A stretch of 64,000 bases of DNA from contig OZ242358.1 of assembly GCA_965208835.1 (NCBI GenBank), positions 2,336,001-2,400,000 on the forward strand. Reading direction: 5' to 3'. Shown here in pieces: positions 17,764 through 27,587 of this stretch. This DNA is from Candidatus Latescibacterota bacterium. Its GTDB lineage: Bacteria > Latescibacterota > UBA2968 > GCA-2709665. Each line of letters opens with the position of its first letter. Within the stretch, counting starts at the first letter, position 1. The position numbers were made by a program, and so were the translations under genes. The notes beneath the pieces are model-generated. The model was not told the DNA's origin and ran no database searches. It was given only the letters and a program-made list of their open reading frames with translations.

Positions 17764-19563
17764 ATGCAAAACGGCATCGCCGTGCTGGATTTCGGGGGGC
17801 AATACGCCCACCTGATCGCAAATCGCGTCCGCCGATTGCGGGTCTATTCGGAAGTCTTCCGGCCCGACGTGGACGCTTCCGCGGTGAATGGATACTCCGG
17901 CCTGATTCTGTCCGGAGGGCCCGCCAGCGTCTACGACCCGGATCAGCCTGCGTTCAATCGCGCGCACCTGGATTCCGGGCTGCCCGTACTCGGGCTCTGT
18001 TACGGCCACCAGCTGGTCTGCCGGGAACTGGGTGGCGAGGTTGCCCGGGGTGTTATCCGCGAGTACGGATCGGCGGAACTGCGGATTCGGTCCACAACAG
18101 GCTTGTTCGCGGGCATGGAGCCGTCTCAGGTGGTGTGGATGAGCCACGGCGACGTAGCCCGCCGTTTGCCGGAGGGGTTTGAGGTTCTGGGCGCGACCGA
18201 GGATTGCGCGACGGCCGCGGTCGGGGATGCGCGGCGCAACATCTATGGACTGCAGTTCCATCCGGAGGTCGCGCATACGGCTCGCGGCATGGATATACTG
18301 GACAATTTTCTGAATATCTGCAAGGCGCCGCGTACCTGGACGATGGCCAATTACGTGGAAACGGCGATGGAGGAGATTCAGGAGCAGGTCGGACCGAAGC
18401 GCGTGTTTCTGCTGGTTTCCGGAGGCGTGGACTCAAGTGTGGCCTTTGCACTGTTCAACCGCGCGCTCGGACCGGAGCGGGTGCTGGGCCTGCATATCAA
18501 CAACGGTTTTATGCGGAAGGGCGAATCCGCCGCAGTTTCTGACGCGCTCACGAGCGAAGGATTCGAAAACCTGGTTGTAGAAGATGCGACGCAAGCGTTT
18601 TTGCTGAGTACCGAGGGTATGGTGGAACCGGAAGAGAAGCGGCTGGCCGTCGGCAGGGCGTTTCTCGATGTCAAGGATCGCGTATTGGCCCGAATGGATC
18701 TGGATTCCGATGGCTGGTTGCTGGGCCAGGGCACGCTTTATCCGGATACCATCGAATCCGGCGGCACGGAACACGCCGCGGTGATCAAGACGCACCACAA
18801 CCGGGTGGACGCGGTAGAGGAGTTGATCGCCCGCGGCCTCGTCATCGAACCGCTGGCACACCTCTACAAGGACGAAGTGCGCGAACTGGGGATTGCCCTC
18901 GGCCTTCCTCAGCATCTGATATGGCGCCAGCCCTTTCCCGGACCGGGGCTGTCCGTGCGCTGCCTCTGTTCCCGGGGAGACGGCGCCGATACGCCGCAGG
19001 CGGAGGCCGAGGAAGCCGCCCGCGATATAGCGGTCCGCGCCGGACTGGGCCTCCGCCTGCTACCCCTGAAGAGCGTGGGGGTTCAGGGAGACTTCCGCAC
19101 CTACGCTCACCCCGCGGTTGTCTGGGGTGAGGCGGACTGGACGGTTCTGGAGGACGTTTCCACGCGTGTCACAAATGCGGTATCCGCGATCAACCGCGTC
19201 GTCTACCTGCTGGCGCCGTCGGCGCTTCCTGAACTGAAGCTGAAGCGGGCCTTCCTGACCCAGTCTCGTCTGGATCTTCTCAGGGACGTGGACGCGCTGG
19301 CGATGGCGGCCCTTGAGCGTGAGGGCCTGTCGAAGAAGGTGTCTCAGATGCCCACTGTCCTGCTGCCGTTGACATCCGACGGTGTCGGGGAGACCGTGGT
19401 TTTGAGGCCGGTAGAAACGCCGGACTTCATGACGGCGAGGTTCAGCGAGCTGCCCTTCGATTTCGTGCTGAAACTCGCGCGTAAGATTCTGAATATGGGA
19501 GGCGTCGAGGCGGTGTTTTACGACGTGACGCACAAACCGCCTGGAACGGTCGAGTGGGAGTAG
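17764..19563 (+). CDS. guaA: GMP synthase (glutamine-hydrolysing)
   Basis: VLDFGGQY, LGLCYGHQ, LQFHPEV, SGGVDS, IKTHHN, PFPGPGL and KPPGTVEWE. Confidence 0.96.
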   Translation: MQNGIAVLDFGGQYAHLIANRVRRLRVYSEVFRPDVDASAVNGYSGLILSGGPASVYDPDQPAFNRAHLDSGLPVLGLCYGHQLVCRELGGEVARGVIREYGSAELRIRSTTGLFAGMEPSQVVWMSHGDVARRLPEGFEVLGATEDCATAAVGDARRNIYGLQFHPEVAHTARGMDILDNFLNICKAPRTWTMANYVETAMEEIQEQVGPKRVFLLVSGGVDSSVAFALFNRALGPERVLGLHINNGFMRKGESAAVSDALTSEGFENLVVEDATQAFLLSTEGMVEPEEKRLAVGRAFLDVKDRVLARMDLDSDGWLLGQGTLYPDTIESGGTEHAAVIKTHHNRVDAVEELIARGLVIEPLAHLYKDEVRELGIALGLPQHLIWRQPFPGPGLSVRCLCSRGDGADTPQAEAEEAARDIAVRAGLGLRLLPLKSVGVQGDFRTYAHPAVVWGEADWTVLEDVSTRVTNAVSAINRVVYLLAPSALPELKLKRAFLTQSRLDLLRDVDALAMAALEREGLSKKVSQMPTVLLPLTSDGVGETVVLRPVETPDFMTARFSELPFDFVLKLARKILNMGGVEAVFYDVTHKPPGTVEWE

Positions 19564-19657
19564 GGTCCGGGATTGTCGACGGTTTCGCGGCAGCTTCGAA
19601 GGGCCGCGGGACGGGCTGTCGGTATGTTTGAATTCAACCCTCGAGGAGGCAAATCCG

Positions 19658-20095
19658 ATGCATGAAGTCAACTATCTCGCTGTTTTGATCGCAGGCGTTT
19701 TGCCGATGCTGGTGGGTGCCGTCTGGTACGGCCCCTTGTTCGGAAAGAGGTGGCTCGGTTATATGGAGACCACGGAGGAGGAGATACGCAAGGACTTCAA
19801 CCCACTCAAGACGTACGGCGTGAGTTTTCTGCTGGCGCTTGTCACCGCTTTCATACTTGCGCAACTGCTTGCCGGAATGGGAGGGCAGCAGGATATTTCA
19901 TCGCTGCAGGGGAGCGGGGGAAAGGCGATGGTGGGCATCCATCTGGGATTGATGGCGCTGATCGCCTTCGTGCTGCCGGTGGCGTACCAGTCCGTGGCCT
20001 TCGAGCGGCGCAAGGCCGGCCTGTTCTGGCTCAACCTGGGGTATAACGGCGTCGCGCTTCTCGGGCAGGGCGTGGTCGTCGCGGCCTGGAGCTGA
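19658..20095 (+). CDS. DUF1761 family membrane protein
   Basis: VNYLAVLIA...GAVWYGPLFGKRW...INxGY-like C-terminus; RBS gaggagg. Confidence 0.8.
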   Translation: MHEVNYLAVLIAGVLPMLVGAVWYGPLFGKRWLGYMETTEEEIRKDFNPLKTYGVSFLLALVTAFILAQLLAGMGGQQDISSLQGSGGKAMVGIHLGLMALIAFVLPVAYQSVAFERRKAGLFWLNLGYNGVALLGQGVVVAAWS

Positions 20096-20809
20096 CGCAA
20101 CAGGACACCACGGGAGGGCTGGAATCGAAAACGGTCGGTCGGAAGCGACGGCCGTTTTTTCGTCCAGGGCAAAGCGATCGACCGGGACGGTCTGTTCGAC
20201 ACGCCGGTGACGGGCGGCGAACGCGGCCTTGACCCGCGAGCCGAGCAGCACGCAGATGAAGAATACGGCGCCTCCGGCCAGCATGAGGTTGGTGAGATTC
20301 AGCAGATTTCCGATTACCGCGAAGAGCAGGTACCGCGGGAATCGCCCGAGAAAAACGGCGACCAGGTACCGCTGGAAGGGATAACCGCTTGCCGGACTGA
20401 GGATCCGGAAGATATAGAACGGTATGAACGGAACCAGCGCGGCGAACCATATTGCAAAAAAGGGCGCTTTCATGAAATAGTGAACAGCGCCCTTGTAGAC
20501 ATCGCTTTCGCGCGTCCGCCTGATTCTGGCGTTCTGAAAGGCGAAGTTGATGGCCCGGTAGTCCACGAAGCAGGCGATCAGGGTGCCTGCAACGGCGGCA
20601 ACCGCAACCGCGACAGGATGATAGGACCGGCCAAGGTAAACCAGCGCGGGTTCGTGAGGGAACGGAACGAAGGAGTTGGCGGGAATGCTGTAGAAGAAGA
20701 GAAGCGAAAGGTCGCGATATTGAGGCAGCAGGAGCGCCGCTGCGCCCGAAATTGTGAACAGGCCCGCCGCAGCGCCGAGAAATACTTTCCAGCCCTTGCT
20801 CATTTCCAT
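19898..20809 (-). CDS. VTT / SNARE-associated (DedA/YqaA-like) membrane protein; C-terminal tail may be read-through
   Basis: PFPHEP, AGTLIACFVDY, PFIPFYIFR and FLGRFPRY; the last ~70 codons overlap the DUF1761 gene in antisense. Confidence 0.7.
   Translation of the reverse strand: MEMSKGWKVFLGAAAGLFTISGAAALLLPQYRDLSLLFFYSIPANSFVPFPHEPALVYLGRSYHPVAVAVAAVAGTLIACFVDYRAINFAFQNARIRRTRESDVYKGAVHYFMKAPFFAIWFAALVPFIPFYIFRILSPASGYPFQRYLVAVFLGRFPRYLLFAVIGNLLNLTNLMLAGGAVFFICVLLGSRVKAAFAARHRRVEQTVPVDRFALDEKTAVASDRPFSIPALPWCPVASAPGRDDHALPEKRDAVIPQVEPEQAGLAPLEGHGLVRHRQHEGDQRHQSQMDAHHRLSPAPLQR
20128..20160 (+). terminator. Hairpin / intrinsic terminator after the DUF1761 gene
   Basis: aaaacggtcg...cggccgtttttt. 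Confidence 0.5.
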
Positions 20810-20850
20810 AACCGACAGACCCTTTTTTCGGTGGGTAGTGCTGCGGCGAA

Positions 20851-20879
20851 AATATAAGTGAATCTTTTAAAAGTGTCAA
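20851..20879 (-). promoter_or_regulatory. sigma70 promoter for the VTT gene
   Basis: Minus strand TTGACA-17 nt-TATATT. Confidence 0.65.
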
Positions 20880-20953
20880 CTTTTTTTCAGTTCGCGTTCT
20901 GAATTTCGTCTATACGCAGTTCCCTTATCGACTCCGCAACGTGCGGACGGTTC

Positions 20954-22306
20954 CTAAAACGTGCTTTCCGGCGTTGTTCCGGGGCACCAGCGTGCCGTTG
21001 TCAACGCGGGGACGAGCGCATTCAATGCCGACGGGGTTCCGATTCGCCTGAGCGCCTCGGCGGCGTTGCCCCGTGCGTAACGATTGTCGTCTGCCAGCCC
21101 GTCACTGAGCTCTGGAACGGCGGATTCGGCTGCCGGACCCAGTTTGGCAAGGGCCAATGCGGCGGTGCGACGCACGTCGCCGTCGGTATCCTGCATATGC
21201 TTCTTCAATCCTGAAACCACTGCCGGATCCCCAACAGCGACATTTCCGAGCGCTTCCGCGGACCACCGGCGGATTTCCGGGTCGTCGTGTTCCAGGGTGT
21301 CGACCAGGCCCGGGACGGCCTCTTCGGCGCCTCCGCCGATATCCGCCAGGATCTCGACTGTCCGGGCAGTGTCGTCTCCGAGCCGCTCGACCATGTCCGG
21401 AACCGCCGGCGCACCGATGGCGCTCAGGGCGTATGCCGCATTGCGTCGCACGGACTCCGACCCGTCATCCAGAAGGGCCGTAAGGGTGGGTATGGCGGCG
21501 GTTCCTATCCTGGCGAGGCGGTAGGCGGCATTGAGGGCCGTGTTTTCATGCGCGTCGTCCAGGTCCCGTGCGCTTGCGGCCACCTGCGCGTTAACGCCGT
21601 TCGCGGGAGGACGTCCACGGTGCCAGTCCCACATGTGGTTCCACAGCAACGCGCGTTCGTCCGTGTGGTTCCAGCCACCTCGCGCGGCACCCCCGGATCC
21701 GCCGTGCCGCCAGCTCGGGGTGTCCGGTTCCTGCATCCGCGCGAAGAGGAATTTCATCATATAGCGGGGCCCTTCGCTGGAATTCGGCATGGCCCGGTGC
21801 CACAGGTCGTAATGGACGATCGTGACGTCGCCCGCGTCCCCGTATAGCGGCAGTTCCTCGCTCGCTTCCGCGTTATAGGTGTTGTTGTAGTGGCTGCCGG
21901 GCACGACGCCCGTGGGACCCAGGCGTATCGGAGTGGGCTGGGGGTAATAGAACGCCATGGCCCACCTTGTGTGATGGTGCCGCCGGTTCCAGCCGTCCAT
22001 ATGCATACGCTGACCGTCGCTTCCCGGCGGGTTGCAATGGCAGTGCCGATGCGGATGCATATAATAGTTGGCGCCGAGTAGCCCCGTGAGCCCGCCGGCG
22101 ACGTTCGGGTCCTGGAAGACCCTTTGGATTTCCGGCAGCCTGGGCAGAAGGTTGTTCCCGGGGTTGCCCTCTTTCTCAAATATGTCGTCGGTGCGCCGGT
22201 AGATGTCGTCATGGAATTCCGGAGGAAGCTCCGTCTTGACGGAAATGAACCCGTTGACGACGTAGAACCGCATCTGTTCGTCGGTGAGCAGCTTGGCTCT
22301 TCGCAT
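20954..22306 (-). CDS. Phytanoyl-CoA dioxygenase (PhyH)-like domain fused to HEAT repeats
   Basis: QRMHMDG (HxD), GPTGVVPGSH and LWHRA, then repeats such as VRRNAAYAL, IRRWSAEAL, VRRTAALAL and ARGNAAEAL. Confidence 0.85.
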   Translation of the reverse strand: MRRAKLLTDEQMRFYVVNGFISVKTELPPEFHDDIYRRTDDIFEKEGNPGNNLLPRLPEIQRVFQDPNVAGGLTGLLGANYYMHPHRHCHCNPPGSDGQRMHMDGWNRRHHHTRWAMAFYYPQPTPIRLGPTGVVPGSHYNNTYNAEASEELPLYGDAGDVTIVHYDLWHRAMPNSSEGPRYMMKFLFARMQEPDTPSWRHGGSGGAARGGWNHTDERALLWNHMWDWHRGRPPANGVNAQVAASARDLDDAHENTALNAAYRLARIGTAAIPTLTALLDDGSESVRRNAAYALSAIGAPAVPDMVERLGDDTARTVEILADIGGGAEEAVPGLVDTLEHDDPEIRRWSAEALGNVAVGDPAVVSGLKKHMQDTDGDVRRTAALALAKLGPAAESAVPELSDGLADDNRYARGNAAEALRRIGTPSALNALVPALTTARWCPGTTPESTF

Positions 22307-22328
22307 GGGAGGACCTCTCTTCCGGCCG

Positions 22329-23516
22329 TCAGGCCCGTGGGCGCCCCGGTTGCCAGGGATGCGCCAGAAGGGCTTCTTCGACAATGTCCGTGCCCCAACC
22401 CGGCGCGTCGGGAACGGCCATGCGTCCGTCGACGATGGTTGGCGGATCCGTGACGAGGTCGTCTTTCCAGGGCACGTCGTCGATGTCTATTTCCATGATG
22501 CGCACGTTTGGAAGCACGGCGCATAGGCTCGCACTGATGAACGATGCGAGGTGGCTGTAGTAGTTGTGCGGGGCGACGTTCAACTGGAAGACTTCAGCGA
22601 GGTCCCCGATTTTTCTGGACTGTGAGAAACCGTTCCACGGAACGTCGATCATGAACACGTCGGCCGCCTGACGCCTAAAATAGGGAATATAGCCCCGCAT
22701 GTGAAACAGATTTTCACCGGTGCAGATGGGCGTGGAGGTGGACTGCCGGATCGCCAGGATGGCATCGGGATCGTACATGTCGATTTCAAGCCAGAGCAGG
22801 TTGAAGGGCTCCAGAACTCTTGCGATTCGCCTGCAGGCTTCCGGCTTGAAGTTGAAGTTGAGGTCCAGGTTGATGTCGACGTCCGGTCCGACGGCTTCCC
22901 GGAGCGTGCCCACAAGGCTCTCGATCTGCGTCAGCAGCCGATTCGATATCGCCTGGTCGGTCGTACCGGGTTTGCCGGCAAAGCCCGGAAAGTAGACCGA
23001 ACCGGGATCGCCGGGAAACAGGATGTTGGTCTTGAGCGCCGTGAAGCCCTTTTGCACGACCTCGCGGCCCAGCGCGGCAACGTCGCCCAGGTTGCGCAGC
23101 GGCGGGGTCCCGATGAGTTCGTGCGCCCGGATCCTGCTGGTGCCGCAGTGCGACCAGTAAAGCCGGACGTCTTCCCGCGTGGGCCCGCCGAACAGCTCGA
23201 CAACCGAAATGCCGAGGGCCCGCGCCTTGATGTCCACCAGGGCCAGTTCGATACCCGAAATGGCTTTCGCTGCCGCGCCGTCAGGACTCTGGCGGCTGCG
23301 TCTGACCATATCCTGGAACCGCATTTCGAACGGGCGCGGATCCCGGCCGATCAGCACGGCTTTGAAATCTTCAACCGCGCCTGCGACGCTCAGGGGCATC
23401 TTGTCGTCGCTGCATTCGCCCCAACCCGTAACGCCGTCGTCGGTTTCCACCTTGACCAACAGCCAGGACCGCCAGCCGGCGTCGACGTGGAACGTCTGTA
23501 TATCCTTGATGCGCAT
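22329..23516 (-). CDS. Mandelate racemase / muconate lactonizing enzyme family (enolase superfamily, sugar-acid dehydratase-like)
   Basis: VKVETDDGVTGWGE, AISGIELALVDIKAR, GFTALKT, ICTGENL, APHN and PGWG. Confidence 0.9.
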   Translation of the reverse strand: MRIKDIQTFHVDAGWRSWLLVKVETDDGVTGWGECSDDKMPLSVAGAVEDFKAVLIGRDPRPFEMRFQDMVRRSRQSPDGAAAKAISGIELALVDIKARALGISVVELFGGPTREDVRLYWSHCGTSRIRAHELIGTPPLRNLGDVAALGREVVQKGFTALKTNILFPGDPGSVYFPGFAGKPGTTDQAISNRLLTQIESLVGTLREAVGPDVDINLDLNFNFKPEACRRIARVLEPFNLLWLEIDMYDPDAILAIRQSTSTPICTGENLFHMRGYIPYFRRQAADVFMIDVPWNGFSQSRKIGDLAEVFQLNVAPHNYYSHLASFISASLCAVLPNVRIMEIDIDDVPWKDDLVTDPPTIVDGRMAVPDAPGWGTDIVEEALLAHPWQPGRPRA

Positions 23517-23621
23517 TGAATCGCCTGCTCCCGGCCGCCGGGCGGGCGGCCTCAGAACAAAGAAACAGGGGGCGCGTGTCTGCCCCCTGTTCGCGTCGCG
23601 TGTGAATTGTGATTTACGGTT

Positions 23622-25040
23622 CTACGCGTCGAAATACAGCGCGAATTCGTACGGATGCGGCCTGAGTCGCATCTCGTCGATTTCGTTCTTGCGCTTGTAG
23701 TCGATCCAGTGGTCAATCACGTCCAGGGTGAAAACGCTTCCCTTGAGGAGGAAATCGTGATCGGCTTCAAGGGCGTTGATGGCTTCTTCCAGCGATCCGG
23801 GCGTCTGGGGGACTCTGGCCAGTTCTTCCGGCTCCAGATCGTACAGGTCCTTGTCAAGGGGCTCGCCCGGGTCGATTTTGTTCTCGATGCCATCCAGGCC
23901 GGCCATGAGCATGGCTGCAAAGGCCAGGTAGGGGTTGCACGAGGGGTCCGGGCAGCGGAACTCGATCCGCTTTGCTTTGGGGCTGGGCGAATACATCGGG
24001 ATCCGGACGCAAGCACTGCGGTTGCGCTGGGAATAGGCCAGGTTGACCGGGGCTTCGTATCCTGGTACAAGGCGTTTGTAGGAGTTGGTGGTCGGCGCGG
24101 CAAATGCCAGCAACGCGTGTGCGTGTTTGAGGATGCCGCCGATGTAGTGGAGCGCCATCTCGCTGAGTCCGGCGTAGGCTGAACCGGCAAAGAGAGGTTC
24201 GCCGTTCTTCCACAGACTCTGGTGCACGTGCATCCCCGTGCCGTTGTCTTCAAAGAGCGGCTTGGCCATGAAGGTGGCAGTCTTGCCGTGTTTCCTTGCC
24301 GTATTCTTGACAATGTACTTGTAGAGAATCAGCTTGTCGGCGCATGACAGCAGCGGCGCGAACCGGAAGTCGATTTCACCCTGGCCGCCGGTCGCCACCT
24401 CATGATGGTGGGCTTCGACTTCGATTCCGCTGTTGAGCATATGCAGAACCATCTCGCTCCGGATATCCTGAAGGCTGTCGGTAGGCGGCACCGGGAAGTA
24501 CCCCTCTTTGTAACGCGGCTTATAGCCCAGGTTCGGCTGTTCGTCGCGGCCGGTATTCCAGCGGCCTTCGTTTGAATCGACGTAATAGTAACCCGAATTG
24601 TTCGTCTGGTCGAAGCGGATATCGTCGAAGACGAAGAATTCGGCCTCGGGTCCGAATGTGGCCGCGTCCGCGATGCCTGAAGATTTAAGGTAGTTCTCGG
24701 ACTTTTTCGCCACGGTTCTGGGGTCGCGGGTGTAGAGGTCTCTCGTGATCGGGTCTTCGATTTCACAGAATATAACGAGCGTGGGAATCTCAAGGAAGGG
24801 ATCGACAAAGGCCGTATCGGCATCCGGCATCACGAGCAGGTCGCTTTCGTCGATGGATTGCCAGCCGCGCATGCTGGAGCCGTCGAAGCCGAGGCCGTCT
24901 TCGAACGTGTCTTCTTCGACTTCCTCCGCCGGCACGGAAAAATGCTGCCAAAGCCCCGGATAGTCCGTAAAGCGGAAATCCACGATCTTCACGTTGTTAT
25001 CCTTGATCATTTCAAGGACGTCTTGAGGCGTCTTGCCCAT
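23622..25040 (-). CDS. glnA: Glutamine synthetase type I
   Basis: [50 protein letters not shown] and KDLYDL; start ATG 25040 with RBS aaaggag. Confidence 0.97.
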   Translation of the reverse strand: MGKTPQDVLEMIKDNNVKIVDFRFTDYPGLWQHFSVPAEEVEEDTFEDGLGFDGSSMRGWQSIDESDLLVMPDADTAFVDPFLEIPTLVIFCEIEDPITRDLYTRDPRTVAKKSENYLKSSGIADAATFGPEAEFFVFDDIRFDQTNNSGYYYVDSNEGRWNTGRDEQPNLGYKPRYKEGYFPVPPTDSLQDIRSEMVLHMLNSGIEVEAHHHEVATGGQGEIDFRFAPLLSCADKLILYKYIVKNTARKHGKTATFMAKPLFEDNGTGMHVHQSLWKNGEPLFAGSAYAGLSEMALHYIGGILKHAHALLAFAAPTTNSYKRLVPGYEAPVNLAYSQRNRSACVRIPMYSPSPKAKRIEFRCPDPSCNPYLAFAAMLMAGLDGIENKIDPGEPLDKDLYDLEPEELARVPQTPGSLEEAINALEADHDFLLKGSVFTLDVIDHWIDYKRKNEIDEMRLRPHPYEFALYFDA

Positions 25041-25275
25041 GCTGCCGCTCCTTTCGGGTGTGGGTCGTTGAATGGTCTCCACAAATGTCAAGACGAAATT
25101 GGAACGGCGCAAATATACGGGCAGTATGTTTCGTATAGATTGCAAATATGTTAAATATATGTTAATAGCGGTACCGCTCAGCATGAGTGGGCGATGCCGG
25201 CGGCGCCAGCCGCCAGAGTCCGGAAACAGTCGCGGAGCGGGGAATTTGCGCCGTTCCGGATCAGCAGTAAAAGGC

Positions 25276-25304
25276 TTGACAAGAAACTTGCATTCCTTTA
25301 TCAT
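25276..25304 (+). promoter_or_regulatory. sigma70 promoter pointing towards hrcA
   Basis: TTGACA-17 nt-TATCAT. Confidence 0.65.
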
Positions 25305-25323
25305 TTGAGGGAATACGGATTTA

Positions 25324-25491
25324 GAAGCTGTTTTAAAATTCCTGGCGAAAATGTGTCGGTCAAGGCGGGCAAATTCGGCTATGAGAGGCGAGCAAGCGCA
25401 GCCTCGATCTCGTAGAACGGGTGGATTTGACCAACGCAGACCGACACTTTTGCAGCCGCGCGAAGACCGCTGGGGGTTTTAAGACAGCTTC
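25324..25491. mobile_element. MITE, family B copy 2, with TTA target-site duplication
   Basis: gaagctgttttaaaa ... ttttaagacagcttc, flanked by TTA at 25321-25323 and 25492-25494. Confidence 0.82.
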
Positions 25492-25702
25492 TTAGCTGGA
25501 TTCCGACAGTCTGAAGCTGCCCCTGCCATCCGGGTTGGCGTACGGGGGCATGCCGTCGGCATGCCAAAACGTCACCCTTCACGAAGTCCGCTCTCCCCCG
25601 TTAAAAACCGTCCACTGACTCAGATCGTCAATCTAAAGCTCAACGGGCATCTCCTCCGGCCCCCGCGGTCTTTCTCTGAGGCTATCGGAAGGGGTGGGAC
25701 GT

Positions 25703-26737
25703 ATGTTGCAGGTACAGCAGCGCGAAGCGGCAATTCTGAAAATTCTCATCAGCAAGCATGTCAATACCGGAGAGCCCGTCGGGTCACGCGCCATCGCCAG
25801 GTCCGGTCTGGGTCTCAGTTCCGCCACGGTGCGCAATTCCATGGCCGACCTGGAGGAGAAGGGCCTGCTCACCCATCCACACACCTCGGCCGGCCGCGTA
25901 CCCACGGACAAAGGCTACCGCTATTACGTCGACAAAGTGATGCCGCGGCAGACAATCGAGGAGGAGGAGCGGGAAGAGATCCGAGAGCGGGTAAGGGCAT
26001 ACGTTCGTGAGGGGGATATCGAGGCCTTGCTGGAGCAGATGTCCAGATTGATCGCCGATCTCTCAATGAACCTGGGCATGGTTCTCTCGCCGAGGTTCGA
26101 GCGGGGCGTATTCGACCGACTGGAAATGGTTCATCTGTCCGAAGGCAGGCTGCTGCTGGTGCTTGCGATCAAGTCGGGGCTGGTGAAGACGATGGTGATG
26201 GAGGTGGACTCGGCCATCACGCCGGGCGAGCTGGACGAGACCTCGCGGGCGGTAAACGAACGCCTGTCCGGTCTCAGCGTTGCGGAGATCAGGGATTCGG
26301 TCGCAGAGCGGCTCAGGGAGGTTTCGAGCGGGTCTCCCAGGCTGCTGCGGGTGCTGTGCGACAGCGCGTTGAATCTCTTCCGGTTTCAGAACGGCATGGA
26401 TCTGCATTTCGGCGGGGCCGGCAATTTCATTATGCAGCCGGAATTCAACCGCAAGAAAAACGACCTGGCCGCCCTCATGGAGCTGCTCGAGGCCCGGGAA
26501 CCGATGATTACGATTCTGGACGAACGGACCGAACACGAGGGGATTTCCGTGACGATCGGCGCCGAAAACGGGCCGCCGCAACTTCAGGGCTGCAGCGTGC
26601 TTACGTCGCGGTACCGCGTCGGCGCCATTTCCGGGGTCATCGGGTTGATAGGCCCTACCCGCATCCCGTATGCGAGGCTCATTCCCCTGACCCGGTATAT
26701 GGCCACGCTGGCCGAGGAAATGCTGGATCACCAGTGA
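25703..26737 (+). CDS. hrcA: Heat-inducible transcription repressor
   Basis: GEPVGSR, SSATVRNSMADLEE, HPHTSAGRVPTDKGYRYYVD and IGPTR. Confidence 0.95.
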   Translation: MLQVQQREAAILKILISKHVNTGEPVGSRAIARSGLGLSSATVRNSMADLEEKGLLTHPHTSAGRVPTDKGYRYYVDKVMPRQTIEEEEREEIRERVRAYVREGDIEALLEQMSRLIADLSMNLGMVLSPRFERGVFDRLEMVHLSEGRLLLVLAIKSGLVKTMVMEVDSAITPGELDETSRAVNERLSGLSVAEIRDSVAERLREVSSGSPRLLRVLCDSALNLFRFQNGMDLHFGGAGNFIMQPEFNRKKNDLAALMELLEAREPMITILDERTEHEGISVTIGAENGPPQLQGCSVLTSRYRVGAISGVIGLIGPTRIPYARLIPLTRYMATLAEEMLDHQ

Positions 26738-26755
26738 GAGGACACGCACAAGAAA

Positions 26756-27373
26756 ATGATAGACTCTGACGAAGTCAACGGCAAGGAAACAGAGGAGGAA
26801 GCCGCCGAACCGGAGGGTAGCGGGGAAGCGGAGGCTTCCGGGGAAGAAGACGCCCCGGACCCGCTTGAGGAAGCCCTCCGGGAGTCCGAAGCGTACAAGG
26901 ACCGGTGGATGCGTCTGGCGGCCGAGTTCGACAATTACAAGAAGCGGAGGACCAGGGAGTTCGATGCCCTGGTACAATCGGCCAGCGAGAACCTGATTCG
27001 GGATCTGCTGCCCGTTCTCGACTCGGTCGCGCGTGCGCAGGAACATCGCGCCGACGGCGAGGAAGATTCAGAGGGTTTCAAAGAGGGCGTCGCGATGATC
27101 ATGGAGGCGTTTCCCAAAGTCCTCCAGCGTCGCGGTCTTTCCGAGATCGAAGCCGCAGGGCAGCCGTTCGACCCCAACCATCACGAAGCGCTGATGCAGA
27201 TGACATCCGAAGATCACGAAGAAGGGCTCGTGATGGCGGTAGTGGAACGCGGCTACCGTCTCGGCGATAAAGTGATCCGGCCCGCAAAGGTCGTTGTGAG
27301 CGGCGGAAGCGCGGGGGAGGCGTCCGAAACCGATGAAGAGGGCGAGAAAGAAAGTGAAGCGAGGCAATCCTGA
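26756..27373 (+). CDS. grpE: Nucleotide exchange factor GrpE
   Basis: RLAAEFDNYKKR, LLPVLD, FDPNHHEA and GYRLGDKVIRPAKVVV. Confidence 0.96.
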   Translation: MIDSDEVNGKETEEEAAEPEGSGEAEASGEEDAPDPLEEALRESEAYKDRWMRLAAEFDNYKKRRTREFDALVQSASENLIRDLLPVLDSVARAQEHRADGEEDSEGFKEGVAMIMEAFPKVLQRRGLSEIEAAGQPFDPNHHEALMQMTSEDHEEGLVMAVVERGYRLGDKVIRPAKVVVSGGSAGEASETDEEGEKESEARQS

Positions 27374-27410
27374 GCAGGGCCGGAATTCGGCTCTGCTGTC
27401 TGTTTTGTCG

Positions 27411-27577
27411 TACTGTTCTGTCCCGGAAATAAGTTGCCTGAATTCGGCCGCTGAGTCGCCCGGCTCGCAAGGCGCTTGAGCGCAGGCGACCTGTGCAAGG
27501 TCAGCGAGCGAGGGGAACGCAGCGAGACGGGATGATTCGGCGGCCGAATGGTGAGGTATTTTTGGGACAGGACAATA
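27411..27577. mobile_element. MITE-like hairpin element between grpE and dnaJ
   Basis: tactgttctgtcccggaaata versus reverse complement of the right end tattgtcctgtcccaaaaata (17/21); internal attcggccgc/gcggccgaat pairing. Confidence 0.7.
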
Positions 27578-27587
27578 GGAACGGGTA

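Noticed and set aside
25080-25170. sigma54 promoter or GlnR box upstream of glnA
   Set aside because: The region is AT-rich, but the candidate -24/-12 site lacks the invariant GG and no clean TGTNA-N7-TNACA palindrome is present.
25305-25702. CIRCE operator
   Set aside because: No TTAGCACTC-N9-GAGTGCTAA-like inverted repeat was found.
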